Assembly (NCBI GenBank): GCA_965222075.1
Contig: OZ244937.1
Location: 2,848,001 to 2,912,000 of the forward strand
DNA: 64,000 nucleotides
Reading direction: 5' to 3'
Origin: Candidatus Latescibacterota bacterium
GTDB taxonomy: Bacteria > Latescibacterota > UBA2968 > GCA-2709665
Under the pieces are notes generated by a model, which saw only the letters and a list, made by a program, of their open reading frames with translations, did not search any database and was not told the DNA's origin. This document shows positions 9,563 through 19,502 of this stretch, piece after piece. Within the stretch, counting starts at the first letter, position 1. Every line of letters starts with the position of its first letter. Position numbers and translations under genes: made by a program.

Positions 9563-10360
9563 ATGACCCCCACCGCTCACCTATACTGGGACATCAACCC
9601 CGAACTGTTCAGCCTCGGTCCGCTCACCGTGCGCTGGTACGGCCTGTTCTTCGTCATCACTTTCTTCTTCGGTTTCCTCATTGTCCAGTGGATTTTTCAG
9701 AAGGAAAACCGACCCGAGCACGATTTGAACGCCCTGGTCAATACCATGGTCGCCGGCACCGTCGTCGGTGCGCGTCTGGGGCACTGCCTCTTCTACGACC
9801 CCTCCTATTACCTCGGCCATCCCCTCGAAATCCTCAAAGTCTGGAGGGGCGGTCTGTCCAGCCACGGCGGCGCAATCGGCATCTTTGTCGCGCTCTACCT
9901 CTACACCCGCAGCCGTCCGGACCAGCCCTACCTCTGGATACTGGACCGGATCGCGATTCCCACGGCCCTGGGCGGGTTCTTCATCCGCCTTGGCAACTTC
10001 TTCAACTCCGAAATCATCGGCACCCCCACCGACCTTCCCTGGGCCTTTATCTTCGCCCGCGTCGACGTCCTGCCCAGGCACCCCACGCAGCTGTATGAGT
10101 CCATCGCCTACGGCCTCATCTTCATCCTGCTGCTCGCCGTCTACCGAAAACGATACGCCCGGACACCTCAGGGCCTGGTGCTGGGCCTCTTCCTGGTCAC
10201 CGTGTTCACCTTCCGCTTCTTCATCGAATACGTCAAAGTCCGCCAGGCCGCCTACGGCTATGAGCTGCCGCTCAGTGTGGGCCAATGGCTCAGCATCCCG
10301 ATGGTCGCCATCGGAGCCGTATTGCTTATTCGGACGTTGAACAGGAAACAGGTGAGATAG
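9563..10360 (+). CDS. lgt: Prolipoprotein diacylglyceryl transferase
   Basis: VRWYG, GARLGHCLFY, GGLSSHG, RLGNFFNSEIIG, RHPTQLYE, RFFIEY. Confidence 0.95.
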   Translation: MTPTAHLYWDINPELFSLGPLTVRWYGLFFVITFFFGFLIVQWIFQKENRPEHDLNALVNTMVAGTVVGARLGHCLFYDPSYYLGHPLEILKVWRGGLSSHGGAIGIFVALYLYTRSRPDQPYLWILDRIAIPTALGGFFIRLGNFFNSEIIGTPTDLPWAFIFARVDVLPRHPTQLYESIAYGLIFILLLAVYRKRYARTPQGLVLGLFLVTVFTFRFFIEYVKVRQAAYGYELPLSVGQWLSIPMVAIGAVLLIRTLNRKQVR

Positions 10361-10407
10361 TTGCTACAACAAAGTTCTATTACCCAGTTAAAGAAAGGAT
10401 CGAAAAG

Positions 10408-11163
10408 ATGAGCCTGTATGCTGACGTTGCCAGGACCCTGCAGGAATCCCTGAACCTTGCACTTCCCCCCATCGCCGTATGCATCACCGACAGCGTGCCC
10501 GAAGGCGTCCCAACCTTCCAGGGGCAGGCCCCGGCGGGCTGCCTGTTCTGGCAGGAAGCCGCCGGAGGCGCCTTCGCCACCTCGACCCCGGACCACGAAC
10601 TGTGCGCCATCGGCGTTCACACCCACCACATGGCAGCGCCCGCATCCTCGTACGAATCCGAACTTGGCCGGGTGCTCAAGGTGATGGCCGACATGGAATA
10701 CGTGCGCGAAGAGGACGTTCCGAACATCCCCGTGCTCGCACACGAGACAAAGCACGTGGTCTACGCCCCTCTGGCCGAAACGTCCCTGCCGCCTGACGTG
10801 GTCATACTGTTCGTGCATTCACAGCAGGGGCTGGTCATCACCGAAGCCGTGCAGCAGGTAGAACCGGCTGTTCCCCTTGCTATGGGCCGTCCCGCATGCG
10901 CCGTGATCCCGCAGGCGATCAACACCGGCCAGGCCGCCCTGAGCCTGGGCTGCTGCGGCGCCCGGGCCTACCTCGATGCGCTTTCAGACGACATCGCGCT
11001 CTGGGCCCTTCCCGGCAGCAAGGTCGGGCGCTACGCCGAGCGGATTGCCGCCCTGGCCAGGGCCAACAACGTTCTGGGCGAGTTCCACACACTGCGTCGG
11101 AAAGATGTGGAGGCAGGCCTCAGACCCACGGTTGTCGAATCGCTCTCGCGGCTTGAAAGCTGA
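10408..11163 (+). CDS. DUF169 domain protein
   Basis: PAGCLFW, CAIG, PDVVILF, RPACAVIP, SLGCCGAR. Confidence 0.7.
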   Translation: MSLYADVARTLQESLNLALPPIAVCITDSVPEGVPTFQGQAPAGCLFWQEAAGGAFATSTPDHELCAIGVHTHHMAAPASSYESELGRVLKVMADMEYVREEDVPNIPVLAHETKHVVYAPLAETSLPPDVVILFVHSQQGLVITEAVQQVEPAVPLAMGRPACAVIPQAINTGQAALSLGCCGARAYLDALSDDIALWALPGSKVGRYAERIAALARANNVLGEFHTLRRKDVEAGLRPTVVESLSRLES

Positions 11164-11233
11164 GCCTCAGGGAGAACATTGTGTCGTCTGCACCTGGTTT
11201 CAACTCCAGGGATGGATCGCAAGGGAAAGTGAC

Positions 11234-13276
11234 ATGGCCGGCCGCGTTCGTATCGGCGTTGATATCGGCGGCACGTTCACCGACATCGTCGCCGTCGATG
11301 GGACGGTGGGAAAATACAATATCCTCAAAGTCCCCTCAACGCCCACCAATTACGTGCTTGGGATCAAAACCGGCTTGGAGCGCCTGTTTTCAGAGCACGG
11401 GTGGCGCCCCAACGATGTGGCGTTGTTCTTCCACGGCACCACGGTAGCAACCAATACGGTCATTGAGAAGAAAGGCGCAAAAACGGGTCTTTTGACCACC
11501 GCGGGTTTTCGCGATGTGCTTGAAGTGGGGCGCACCGAACGTCCCCCCCTTGACCTCTACAACCTCGCCATGGAACGCCCAAAGCCCCTTGTTCCTCGCC
11601 GGCTTCGTTTGGGGGTACCCGAACGTATCAACCACAGGGGGGAGGTGGTAGAACCGCTCGACACGGAGGCCGTCCGCGAGGCCATCGACCGGATGCTGTC
11701 GATGGACATTGAGGCCCTGGCCATCTCCTTCCTCAACGCCTACGCCAATCCCGTCCACGAACGCCGGGCAAGAGAAATTGCCCGATCCCTCCGACCCGAC
11801 CTCTATGTGGCCGTCTCCTCCGAGGTGAATCCCCAGTTCAAGGAATTTGAGCGCACCAGCACAACGGTCTTGAGCAGCTACGTAGGCCCTCGCGTCAGCC
11901 GTTACATGGAAGGCATGAAAACCGTGCTGGCCGAACTCGGCGTCAAATCTCCGCTGCACATCATGCAGGCCAGCGGCGGCGCGATGACCGTGGATGCCGT
12001 GGCAGAACGTGCCGTCCGTACGGTTCTTTCCGGCCCCGCAGCCGGCGTTCTTGGAGCCCTGAAAGTCGGCGAGGCCGTCGATGAACCCAATTTTGTCTCC
12101 TTCGACATGGGCGGGACGAGTACGGATGTCTCCCTGGTAAAAAACGGGCAGTTCCGCATCGTCGAAGAGACAAAAGGAGTGGGCTATCACCTCCGGATGC
12201 CAATGATGGACATCACCACCATTGGCGCCGGAGGCGGCAGCATCGCCTGGATCGACACGGGCGGCGTCTTAAAGGTAGGTCCCAACAGCGCCGGCGCCGA
12301 GCCGGGACCGGCCTGTTACGGTATTGGGAGGAATGCAACGGTAACCGACGCCCACATCCTTCTGGGGTACATTGACCCGGGGTTCTTCCTCGGCGGCGAA
12401 ATGCGCCTCGATACGAAACGGGCGCACAAGTCGATGCAGCAGAAGGTGGCAGTGCCCCTTGGCCTGAGCGTGGAGAAGGCCGCCGCCGGTATCGTCCGGA
12501 TCGCCAATGCCAACATGATCCGCGCAATCAAACGCGTATCCATCGAACGCGGGCACGACGTGCGGGATTTCAGCCTCATCCCATTCGGCGGGGCCGGCGG
12601 ACTCCATGCGGGCCAGCTCCTGGGGGAACTGGGCATGCGGCGGATCATCGTACCCATCTACCCCGGCGTCCTTTCCGCCTGTGGCCTTGTGGAGGCGAAC
12701 CTGGAATACCAGCGCGTGCAGACGATCCTGAAGCGGCTGGACGGTGTCGATGCGTCCACCCTGCGAGGCTTCTACGCCAAGCTGGAGATACGCGGCCGGA
12801 AGGAAATGCGCCACATCCAGGGTGAGGCCCTTCGGTTCAAACGTGCGGCGAACCTGCGGTATCGCAAGCAGGTCCGGCAGGTCACCGTCGAACTCGGCAG
12901 CGAATGGGCAGACCACACCCGCATCCGCCGGCAGTTCTGCGAAGCGCACGAAAGGCTTTACGGCTACGCCACGGATGAACCCGTAGAAATCGTGGACATC
13001 CGTGTTGCGTGTATCCACCCACCCACAGAAGCGGTCGATTGGGGCAAAGCAGCAGGGGACGGGGCAGACCCCAAAAAAGGCAGCCGCCGGGCCTATTTCG
13101 AAGAACTCGACGGCTTTGTGGACTGCCCGGTATATGCGCGCAGCAACCTGGGTCGGGATTTTAGCGTCCAGGGGCCCGCAATCGTCGAACAGGATGAAAC
13201 CAACACCGTTGTCCGCCCGGGCCAGACGCTTACGGTGCACCCTTCGGGCAACCTGTTCATCTCACCAGGTCCATGA
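11234..13276 (+). CDS. Hydantoinase/oxoprolinase A subunit
   Basis: GVDIGGTFTD, HGTTVATN, SGPAAGV, DMGGTSTD, GAGGGSIA, FGGAGGLH. Confidence 0.9.
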   Translation: MAGRVRIGVDIGGTFTDIVAVDGTVGKYNILKVPSTPTNYVLGIKTGLERLFSEHGWRPNDVALFFHGTTVATNTVIEKKGAKTGLLTTAGFRDVLEVGRTERPPLDLYNLAMERPKPLVPRRLRLGVPERINHRGEVVEPLDTEAVREAIDRMLSMDIEALAISFLNAYANPVHERRAREIARSLRPDLYVAVSSEVNPQFKEFERTSTTVLSSYVGPRVSRYMEGMKTVLAELGVKSPLHIMQASGGAMTVDAVAERAVRTVLSGPAAGVLGALKVGEAVDEPNFVSFDMGGTSTDVSLVKNGQFRIVEETKGVGYHLRMPMMDITTIGAGGGSIAWIDTGGVLKVGPNSAGAEPGPACYGIGRNATVTDAHILLGYIDPGFFLGGEMRLDTKRAHKSMQQKVAVPLGLSVEKAAAGIVRIANANMIRAIKRVSIERGHDVRDFSLIPFGGAGGLHAGQLLGELGMRRIIVPIYPGVLSACGLVEANLEYQRVQTILKRLDGVDASTLRGFYAKLEIRGRKEMRHIQGEALRFKRAANLRYRKQVRQVTVELGSEWADHTRIRRQFCEAHERLYGYATDEPVEIVDIRVACIHPPTEAVDWGKAAGDGADPKKGSRRAYFEELDGFVDCPVYARSNLGRDFSVQGPAIVEQDETNTVVRPGQTLTVHPSGNLFISPGP

Positions 13277-15048
13277 CCGGATTTCAGGAGCAGCCCATGA
13301 TAACAATCGATCCCATATCGATGGAGGTCCTGGGCAACGCGGTCCTCTCCATCTGTGAGGAAATGAGCATCGTCCTTTCAGGCACCGCCCGTTCACCCCT
13401 GTTGCGCGAGTCCGGTGATTTTTCCTGTACCCTCCACAGCGGCAACGGCCAGCTGGTCGCCCAGACCAACACCCTTCCGGCGCTGGCGAGCCTGGCCCGC
13501 AGCGCCGTCCTCAGCCTGGGCGAATTTGTTGATATTCCAAACGAAGCGGAGCCGGGTGACATCTACTACACGAATCACCTGGAAATCGGGGGGTCCCACT
13601 TAAGCGATGTGAAGGCAATCGCCCCCCTGTTCTATAAGGACGAAATCGTGGCGTGGGTGGCCAACTGCGCCCACTGGCCAGACGTTGGCGGCGCCTTCGC
13701 CGGGGGCTATGTCTGCGCCACAGACATCTTTCAGGAAGGCTTTCTCATCCCGCCCGTCAGGTTTTTCCGACAAAACCGGTTGAACCGGGAGACCGTCGAC
13801 TTCGTCCTGAACAACGTACGCGCCCCCGACGAGAGGCTGGGGGACATCCTCGCCCAGGCAGCGGCGGTTCGGCGGGGAAAAACCCGCCTTGTGGAACTGA
13901 TCGAAACCTACGGGCTGGAAACGCTTCAGACCTTCTTTAAGGCCTACCTCGATTACACAGAGAAGCGCGTACGGCACGAAATCCGCGGAATAAAAAACGG
14001 CGTTTACACATTCCAGGACAGCATGGACAACGACGGCATCGGCGAGTTGCCCGTGGGCATAAAAGTCAAAGTGACGGTCCACGACGACAGTATAAGCTTC
14101 GACTTCACCGGATCGGACCCGCAGGTGCAGGGGCCGATCAACGCCACCCCCTCGGTCGTCTGGGCAGGGGTCAATTTTGCGGTTCGGGGCGTAACCGATG
14201 CGTTGATTCCGATTAATGAGGGCGTGTACCGGCCGCTGGAGGTGATCGTTCCGGAAGGCTGCTGGTTGAACGCGAAGCACCCCGCGCCCCGGCAGCACAG
14301 CACCCACGAAACGGGCCACCGGGTGATCGATTGCACATTGGGGGCGCTGGCCCGGGCAGTCCCGGACCGGGTGCCCGCTGCGATGCATGGGACCAGCTCG
14401 ATCCTGATCATGTGCGGCGACGACACCCGCCTCGATCCCCCCGAGTTCTTCATGTTTTTCGATTGCGTCGCCGGCGGTTTCGGGGGGCGCCCGGACAAAG
14501 ACGGCATCGATGGCATCCGCACCGGTATAGGCAATGCGACAAATATCCCCGTCGAGCTTGCCGAAGTCGAATTCTCGCTGGTAACCGAAAAATACGAATT
14601 GATCACCGACAGCGGCGGCCCGGGCAAGTATCGGGGCGGCTGCGGCCTGCAGCGTATTATGCGCGTTGATGGCGGTCCCGACGCCAGGGTGCTGTGCATT
14701 TCTTCTTCAGAGCGAACCGTCGGCCGCCCGTACGGGCTGCAGGGGGGAAAGCCCGGCGCACCGGGGCGCTGGGGCGTGAACCTGGCCACCCCGAAGGAGG
14801 CGCCATTGAAAGGGAAAGACCACCGCTGGCTCGGCACCGGTGAGACCTGTTCGGCCGGCGCTCCCGGAGGCGGCGGGTGGGGCGATCCCTTCGAACGTGC
14901 GCCGGACGCCGTTCTGGAAGATGTCTTAGAGGAGAAGATCTCTCTGGCCTCCGCCGCCAGGGATTACGGCGTGGCCATCCGGTCCGACAGCATTGACCGG
15001 GAGGAGACGGCCCGGTTGCGCCGGGGAAAGGGGCATCGCGACGGCTAA
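13273..15048 (+). CDS. Hydantoinase B/oxoprolinase subunit
   Basis: GSHLSD, HWPDVGG, FDFTGSD, DSGGPGKYRGG, GGGGWGDP. Overlaps the A subunit by 4 nt. Confidence 0.9.
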   Translation: MTGFQEQPMITIDPISMEVLGNAVLSICEEMSIVLSGTARSPLLRESGDFSCTLHSGNGQLVAQTNTLPALASLARSAVLSLGEFVDIPNEAEPGDIYYTNHLEIGGSHLSDVKAIAPLFYKDEIVAWVANCAHWPDVGGAFAGGYVCATDIFQEGFLIPPVRFFRQNRLNRETVDFVLNNVRAPDERLGDILAQAAAVRRGKTRLVELIETYGLETLQTFFKAYLDYTEKRVRHEIRGIKNGVYTFQDSMDNDGIGELPVGIKVKVTVHDDSISFDFTGSDPQVQGPINATPSVVWAGVNFAVRGVTDALIPINEGVYRPLEVIVPEGCWLNAKHPAPRQHSTHETGHRVIDCTLGALARAVPDRVPAAMHGTSSILIMCGDDTRLDPPEFFMFFDCVAGGFGGRPDKDGIDGIRTGIGNATNIPVELAEVEFSLVTEKYELITDSGGPGKYRGGCGLQRIMRVDGGPDARVLCISSSERTVGRPYGLQGGKPGAPGRWGVNLATPKEAPLKGKDHRWLGTGETCSAGAPGGGGWGDPFERAPDAVLEDVLEEKISLASAARDYGVAIRSDSIDREETARLRRGKGHRDG

Positions 15049-15067
15049 CGAAAAGGTTATGCGCCAT

Positions 15068-15538
15068 CTAATCCCCTTCCCGCTCCTGCCACACCAGTTC
15101 CAGCCCGGACTCCTTGAGAAGCTGCTGGTAGACCTCCTCCAGTTCAAACTCGTAATCGTATGGTTCCACATACAATATCCTGGTGACCCCCGCCTGGATC
15201 GACTCCTTGAGGCACCAAAAACAGGGCCGCGTGGTCGAATAAAGCACAGCCCCCTCGGTGCGCGCCCCGTGCCGCGCGGCAAAGGCAATCGCGTTTTGCT
15301 CTGCATGTACGCACAGGCAGGTATCCGTCCCCTGTCCCGAAGGAATATCGGACGCGCAGCGTGGGCAGCCCCCCTCAAAGCAGTTCTTCACCCCCATCGG
15401 CGTCCCGTTGTAGCCGGTACTGATGATATTCCGGTCCTTCACAATCACCGCCCCGATCTGCCGGCGGATGCAGTTGGACCGCTCCGACACATTGTAGGCG
15501 ATATTCATAAAATAGCGGTCCCAGTCTGGCCTGTTCAT
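15068..15538 (-). CDS. dCMP deaminase (ComEB-like)
   Basis: RPDWDRYFM, TGYNGTP, HAEQNAI, PCFWC. Confidence 0.9.
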   Translation of the reverse strand: MNRPDWDRYFMNIAYNVSERSNCIRRQIGAVIVKDRNIISTGYNGTPMGVKNCFEGGCPRCASDIPSGQGTDTCLCVHAEQNAIAFAARHGARTEGAVLYSTTRPCFWCLKESIQAGVTRILYVEPYDYEFELEEVYQQLLKESGLELVWQEREGD

Positions 15539-15744
15539 GCCTGGAAATCCTTTCGGTGTTTTGGACGTGCCCTTAATATAATTCCTCACAAACGGAGAAA
15601 CAAGCATCAGACGAAAAGATATCAATTTTTACTTGTATCAAACACAATCTAAGGTATATTTTCTCAAGCTAAAAACCAACAGACCAAATCGGTGCAACCG
15701 CCGGTCTTCAAAACAATAAGAACCCAAAAGGTGAAATATTGCAA

Positions 15745-16473
15745 ATGCATCCCACAACAACAGCCGAAGCCCTGGACATCCGGGAAAGAGGCAAGCCCAT
15801 AGACGGCGTACCCCAGATCATCGACCGCCGACTTTACATGCAACTCCACGTGTTTGGCAACTGTCCCTACCCTGAAACGCTCATCGATCCCGTACAGAAC
15901 AGCGGCCTGGAATGCGTCCTCTACAGCGACCTGAACGACCCGTGCGGCGTTGGCATGTTAACCATCGCCGAATCCCCTGACACGCTTGTGGAGGAAGCCC
16001 GGTCGCTCCTGCGGAACGAACCGTTTGCATCCCTGCATCGCAAGCCGGAACTGACGATGGTCGGACGGACCTATTCCACCGGTTTCGAACCCGACCTGGA
16101 AGACATGCTCTTGGCCAAACCCCGCCGGAACAGTCTCAACCCCCAGTGGCTCTGGGCCGTTTGGTACCCCTTGCGGCGCAAACCGAAATTCGGACTCCTC
16201 TCCGGGGAAGAAACAGGGAAAATACTGGGAGAACACGCCCGCATCGGCAGGACCTACGCCCGGGCCGGCTACGCGAACGACATTCGCCTGGCCTGTTACG
16301 GCCTCGATCAGAATGACAACGACTTTGTCATCGGCCTTGTAAGCGCCGACCTCTATCCCCTCTCCCGCATCGTACAGGAAATGAGAAAGACCCAGCAGAC
16401 GGCAAGATACATCCAGTCTCTCGGCCCCTTCTTCGTGGGCAAGGCCGTCTGGCAGAGCCCGATGCAAGCGTAG
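15745..16473 (+). CDS. Chlorite dismutase/HemQ-like heme protein
   Basis: WAVWYPLRR, EHARIG, DIRLACYGLD, VQEMRKT, GPFFVG. Confidence 0.75.
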   Translation: MHPTTTAEALDIRERGKPIDGVPQIIDRRLYMQLHVFGNCPYPETLIDPVQNSGLECVLYSDLNDPCGVGMLTIAESPDTLVEEARSLLRNEPFASLHRKPELTMVGRTYSTGFEPDLEDMLLAKPRRNSLNPQWLWAVWYPLRRKPKFGLLSGEETGKILGEHARIGRTYARAGYANDIRLACYGLDQNDNDFVIGLVSADLYPLSRIVQEMRKTQQTARYIQSLGPFFVGKAVWQSPMQA

Positions 16474-16544
16474 AAAATCACAGGAATCAACGAACTCACC
16501 TTCCAGACCCTTCTCCTGCGTGCGGGAGAAGAGAAGCAAAAGAG

Positions 16545-17315
16545 CTAAGAAGCTGATTCGTTCAGCTTATCCAGGATGGCCCGCCGCATCGCCCACTCCG
16601 TCACCCGCGGAAACCACAGCCCAAGCGTCGCAAACACCCGATTTCCAACCCCTGGAATCAGCACCCGTTTCCGCGCCACCACCGCCCGGTAGATCCGGTC
16701 TGCCAGCGCTTCAGGCGGCATTCGGCGGTGTTCCCGGCTGTTGTCCGGGCTGTACCGTCTGGCGTGCGCCGTCCGCGTTGGCCCCGGAAAAACCGTCAGC
16801 ACGTGCAGGTCGGCCAGTGCGGCCGAAAGACTCCGCGCATACGACGCCAGCCCGGTCTTGCTTGCCGCATACGCCGCAGCTCCGGGGTAGCTGACAAAGT
16901 GTGACAGAGAAGACACAAACACCAGCGTTGCCCCGGGGGCCAGCTTATCCGCCTTCAGAAGCTCCGCTGTCAGCACCATTGGCGCGGTCAGATTCAGGTC
17001 GATCACCGCCCGCTGCCGGTCGATCCGCACCTCCGGAAACCGGCCCACCGCGCTGATGCCTGCATTGTAGACCAGCACATCGATCGCTGGCCCACCGCAC
17101 AGGGCCTCCACAGCCCGATCGATCCCCTCCTCTGTGCCAAGATCGGCAACCACAAAAGAGACCGTCCCCCCTTTCCGCTCCAGATTGACCCATGTCTGCG
17201 CCGCCCGGTCCGCATCCACATCGATCCCCACAACCGATACGCCTGTCTGGGCGAACCGCCCGGCCAGCGCCCGACCGATTCCGTCGGCCGCGCCTGTAAT
17301 CACGCAGTGGGTCAT
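16545..17315 (-). CDS. SDR family oxidoreductase
   Basis: ITGAADGIG, YNAG, YAASK. Confidence 0.85.
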   Translation of the reverse strand: MTHCVITGAADGIGRALAGRFAQTGVSVVGIDVDADRAAQTWVNLERKGGTVSFVVADLGTEEGIDRAVEALCGGPAIDVLVYNAGISAVGRFPEVRIDRQRAVIDLNLTAPMVLTAELLKADKLAPGATLVFVSSLSHFVSYPGAAAYAASKTGLASYARSLSAALADLHVLTVFPGPTRTAHARRYSPDNSREHRRMPPEALADRIYRAVVARKRVLIPGVGNRVFATLGLWFPRVTEWAMRRAILDKLNESAS

Positions 17316-18067
17316 CGTGATGTTCTCCGCATCGCACCGTCAACCGCCCCGCCCAAGAACCGCCCGGCAAACCTCAACAAACGGTTCCCTGCGCCTACCG
17401 TCACAACCGGCCGTCTCCCCGCAATCGCCCGTGCAATCTTTGCCGCAACCCGCTCCGCCGGTGAAAACCGTTCCCAGTCCACCCTGTCCCGCGTCAACCC
17501 GATCTTGGCGTGCAGTCCCGTCCGCGTCGCCCCCGGGTGGACCACCTGCACCCAAACCCGGCCCTTCAGTTCTGCTCGCAAACTCCGGCCAAACGCCTCC
17601 AGCGCCGCCTTCGTCGCGGCATAAACCGCATAGTCCGGGCACGCAATCGCCGACGCAACCGACCCGATCAGCACCATCTTCCCCCCGGTCTGCTCCAGGT
17701 AGGGATACAGCCTGTGCGACAGCAGAATCGGCGTGGTCAAATTCACGGCCAGAACTTGCCGAATGCTCGCCCGCGTCTGCTCCTCCACCGGCCCGTAATA
17801 CCCCGTCCCCGCGTTCTGAATCAGCAGATCGATCCCCTCGATTTCCTGCGTCTGGAGAAACCGCTCGATTTCATCCGCACAATAATCCCCCGACAGGTCC
17901 GCCCGGCAATACGTCTGAGGCGTAAAAAAATCAGGGTCCAGATCCGAAAGCGAACGCCGCCCCACCAGCACCGGCCGCGCCCCCTGCACCCGATAAATCC
18001 GGGCCAGCGCCAGCCCGATCCCGTCCGTCGCCCCGGTAATCAGCACCGTTTTTGCAGAAAAAGCCAC
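17312..18067 (-). CDS. SDR family oxidoreductase
   Basis: ITGATDGIG, QNAG, YAATK. 4-nt overlap with the downstream SDR. Confidence 0.85.
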   Translation of the reverse strand: MAFSAKTVLITGATDGIGLALARIYRVQGARPVLVGRRSLSDLDPDFFTPQTYCRADLSGDYCADEIERFLQTQEIEGIDLLIQNAGTGYYGPVEEQTRASIRQVLAVNLTTPILLSHRLYPYLEQTGGKMVLIGSVASAIACPDYAVYAATKAALEAFGRSLRAELKGRVWVQVVHPGATRTGLHAKIGLTRDRVDWERFSPAERVAAKIARAIAGRRPVVTVGAGNRLLRFAGRFLGGAVDGAMRRTSR

Positions 18068-18222
18068 CTTATCACGCCTCGAAGTCGGAAAATAATGAAG
18101 AGGGGTGCGCGCCCCACAGATAAAAGATACAACAAAACACTTGACGAAAGGGCCTCCAACATGCTATCAATATCTTAGACCGTTGATGGGATACCCATTG
18201 CCTCGATCCGGGAGAGCGGACC

Positions 18223-19476
18223 ATGATCCAAAACATCGAAGCACTTCACTTTCGATGCCTTCGCTACATTGCTCAACCACTCGCCCCTTTCCACATCCTG
18301 GTCGGACCCAATGCCAGCGGCAAAACGACCTTCTTGGATACTGTCGCATTCCTGGGCGACCTCATCTCCGGCGGACTTGAAAGCGCAATCGAAGGCCGCA
18401 CGAACGACCTGCGGGACCTCGTCTGGCAGCGAAAAACCGACCGGTTTGAACTGGCGGTCGACCTGCGGGTGCCCGAAGGGAAAAACGACCTCTTCCCGGA
18501 CCGCGAATACAGCCGGTGCCGCTACGAAATCGCCATTGGCCCGGCGCCTGAAACCGGAGAAACCGTGATCCTCTCCGAACGCGTCCTGCTCCTCTCCAAC
18601 GGCCACAGAGGTGACCGGGAAGTTGTGCAGGAATCTCTCTTTCCGGTAGACCGACCGGCCCCGGAAACCCTTGCCCTCCCCCGCATCCGGGGCGCCAAAA
18701 CCGTTGTCCATAAAGTCAGGGGCGGAAACGACAAATTCTACGACGAAAACGGAACGGGATGGGACCACTCCTTCAAGCTGGGCCCCGGAAAGTCCGCCCT
18801 GGCCAACCTGCCCGAAGACGAAACCCGGTTCCCCATCACCACCTGGCTCAAAAGCGTGCTGATAGAGGGCGTCCAGCGCCTCGTCTTAAACAGCGCGCGC
18901 ATGCGTCGCCCCAGTCCCCCGGGCCAGCCCCGCCGCTTCAGTCCAGACGGCTCCAACCTCCCCTGGGTCGTTTCGGCCCTGGAAGAAAAAACGCCCCTCC
19001 GCCTCTCAGAGTGGGTCGCACACCTCCAGACGGTCCTGCCCGATCTGGAAGCCATACGGACCGTCGAACGCCCGGAAGACCGGCACCGCTACCTGGTCGT
19101 CGAATACAAAAACGGCCTCGAGATCCCCTCCTGGACAATCTCGGACGGCACCCTGCGCATGCTGGCCCTTACCCTGCCGGCCTACCTCCCCGACTTTGAA
19201 GGCATCTACCTCATCGAAGAACCGGAAAACGGCATCCATCCACGTGCCGTGGAAACCGCATTCCAGTCCCTCTCATCTGTACAGGACGCCCAGATCCTCC
19301 TGACCACCCATTCGCCCGTCATCATCAGCATCGCAGAAGCCTCCCAGATCCTCTGCTTCTCAAAAACCGAAGCAGGCGCGACGGACATCGTCTTAAGCAC
19401 CGAAAACCCCGCCCTGCGCGACTGGCGTGGAGAGACAAACCTCGGCGTCCTGTTTGCAGAAGGCGTGTTTGGGTAA
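18223..19476 (+). CDS. AAA_21/COG4637-type ABC-like ATPase
   Basis: Walker A GPNASGKTT, signature ISDGTLRML, Walker B LIEEPENG, H-loop TTHSP. Confidence 0.85.
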   Translation: MIQNIEALHFRCLRYIAQPLAPFHILVGPNASGKTTFLDTVAFLGDLISGGLESAIEGRTNDLRDLVWQRKTDRFELAVDLRVPEGKNDLFPDREYSRCRYEIAIGPAPETGETVILSERVLLLSNGHRGDREVVQESLFPVDRPAPETLALPRIRGAKTVVHKVRGGNDKFYDENGTGWDHSFKLGPGKSALANLPEDETRFPITTWLKSVLIEGVQRLVLNSARMRRPSPPGQPRRFSPDGSNLPWVVSALEEKTPLRLSEWVAHLQTVLPDLEAIRTVERPEDRHRYLVVEYKNGLEIPSWTISDGTLRMLALTLPAYLPDFEGIYLIEEPENGIHPRAVETAFQSLSSVQDAQILLTTHSPVIISIAEASQILCFSKTEAGATDIVLSTENPALRDWRGETNLGVLFAEGVFG

Positions 19477-19502
19477 ACATCCCAGTTGCGAGAAAGGAAC
19501 CC

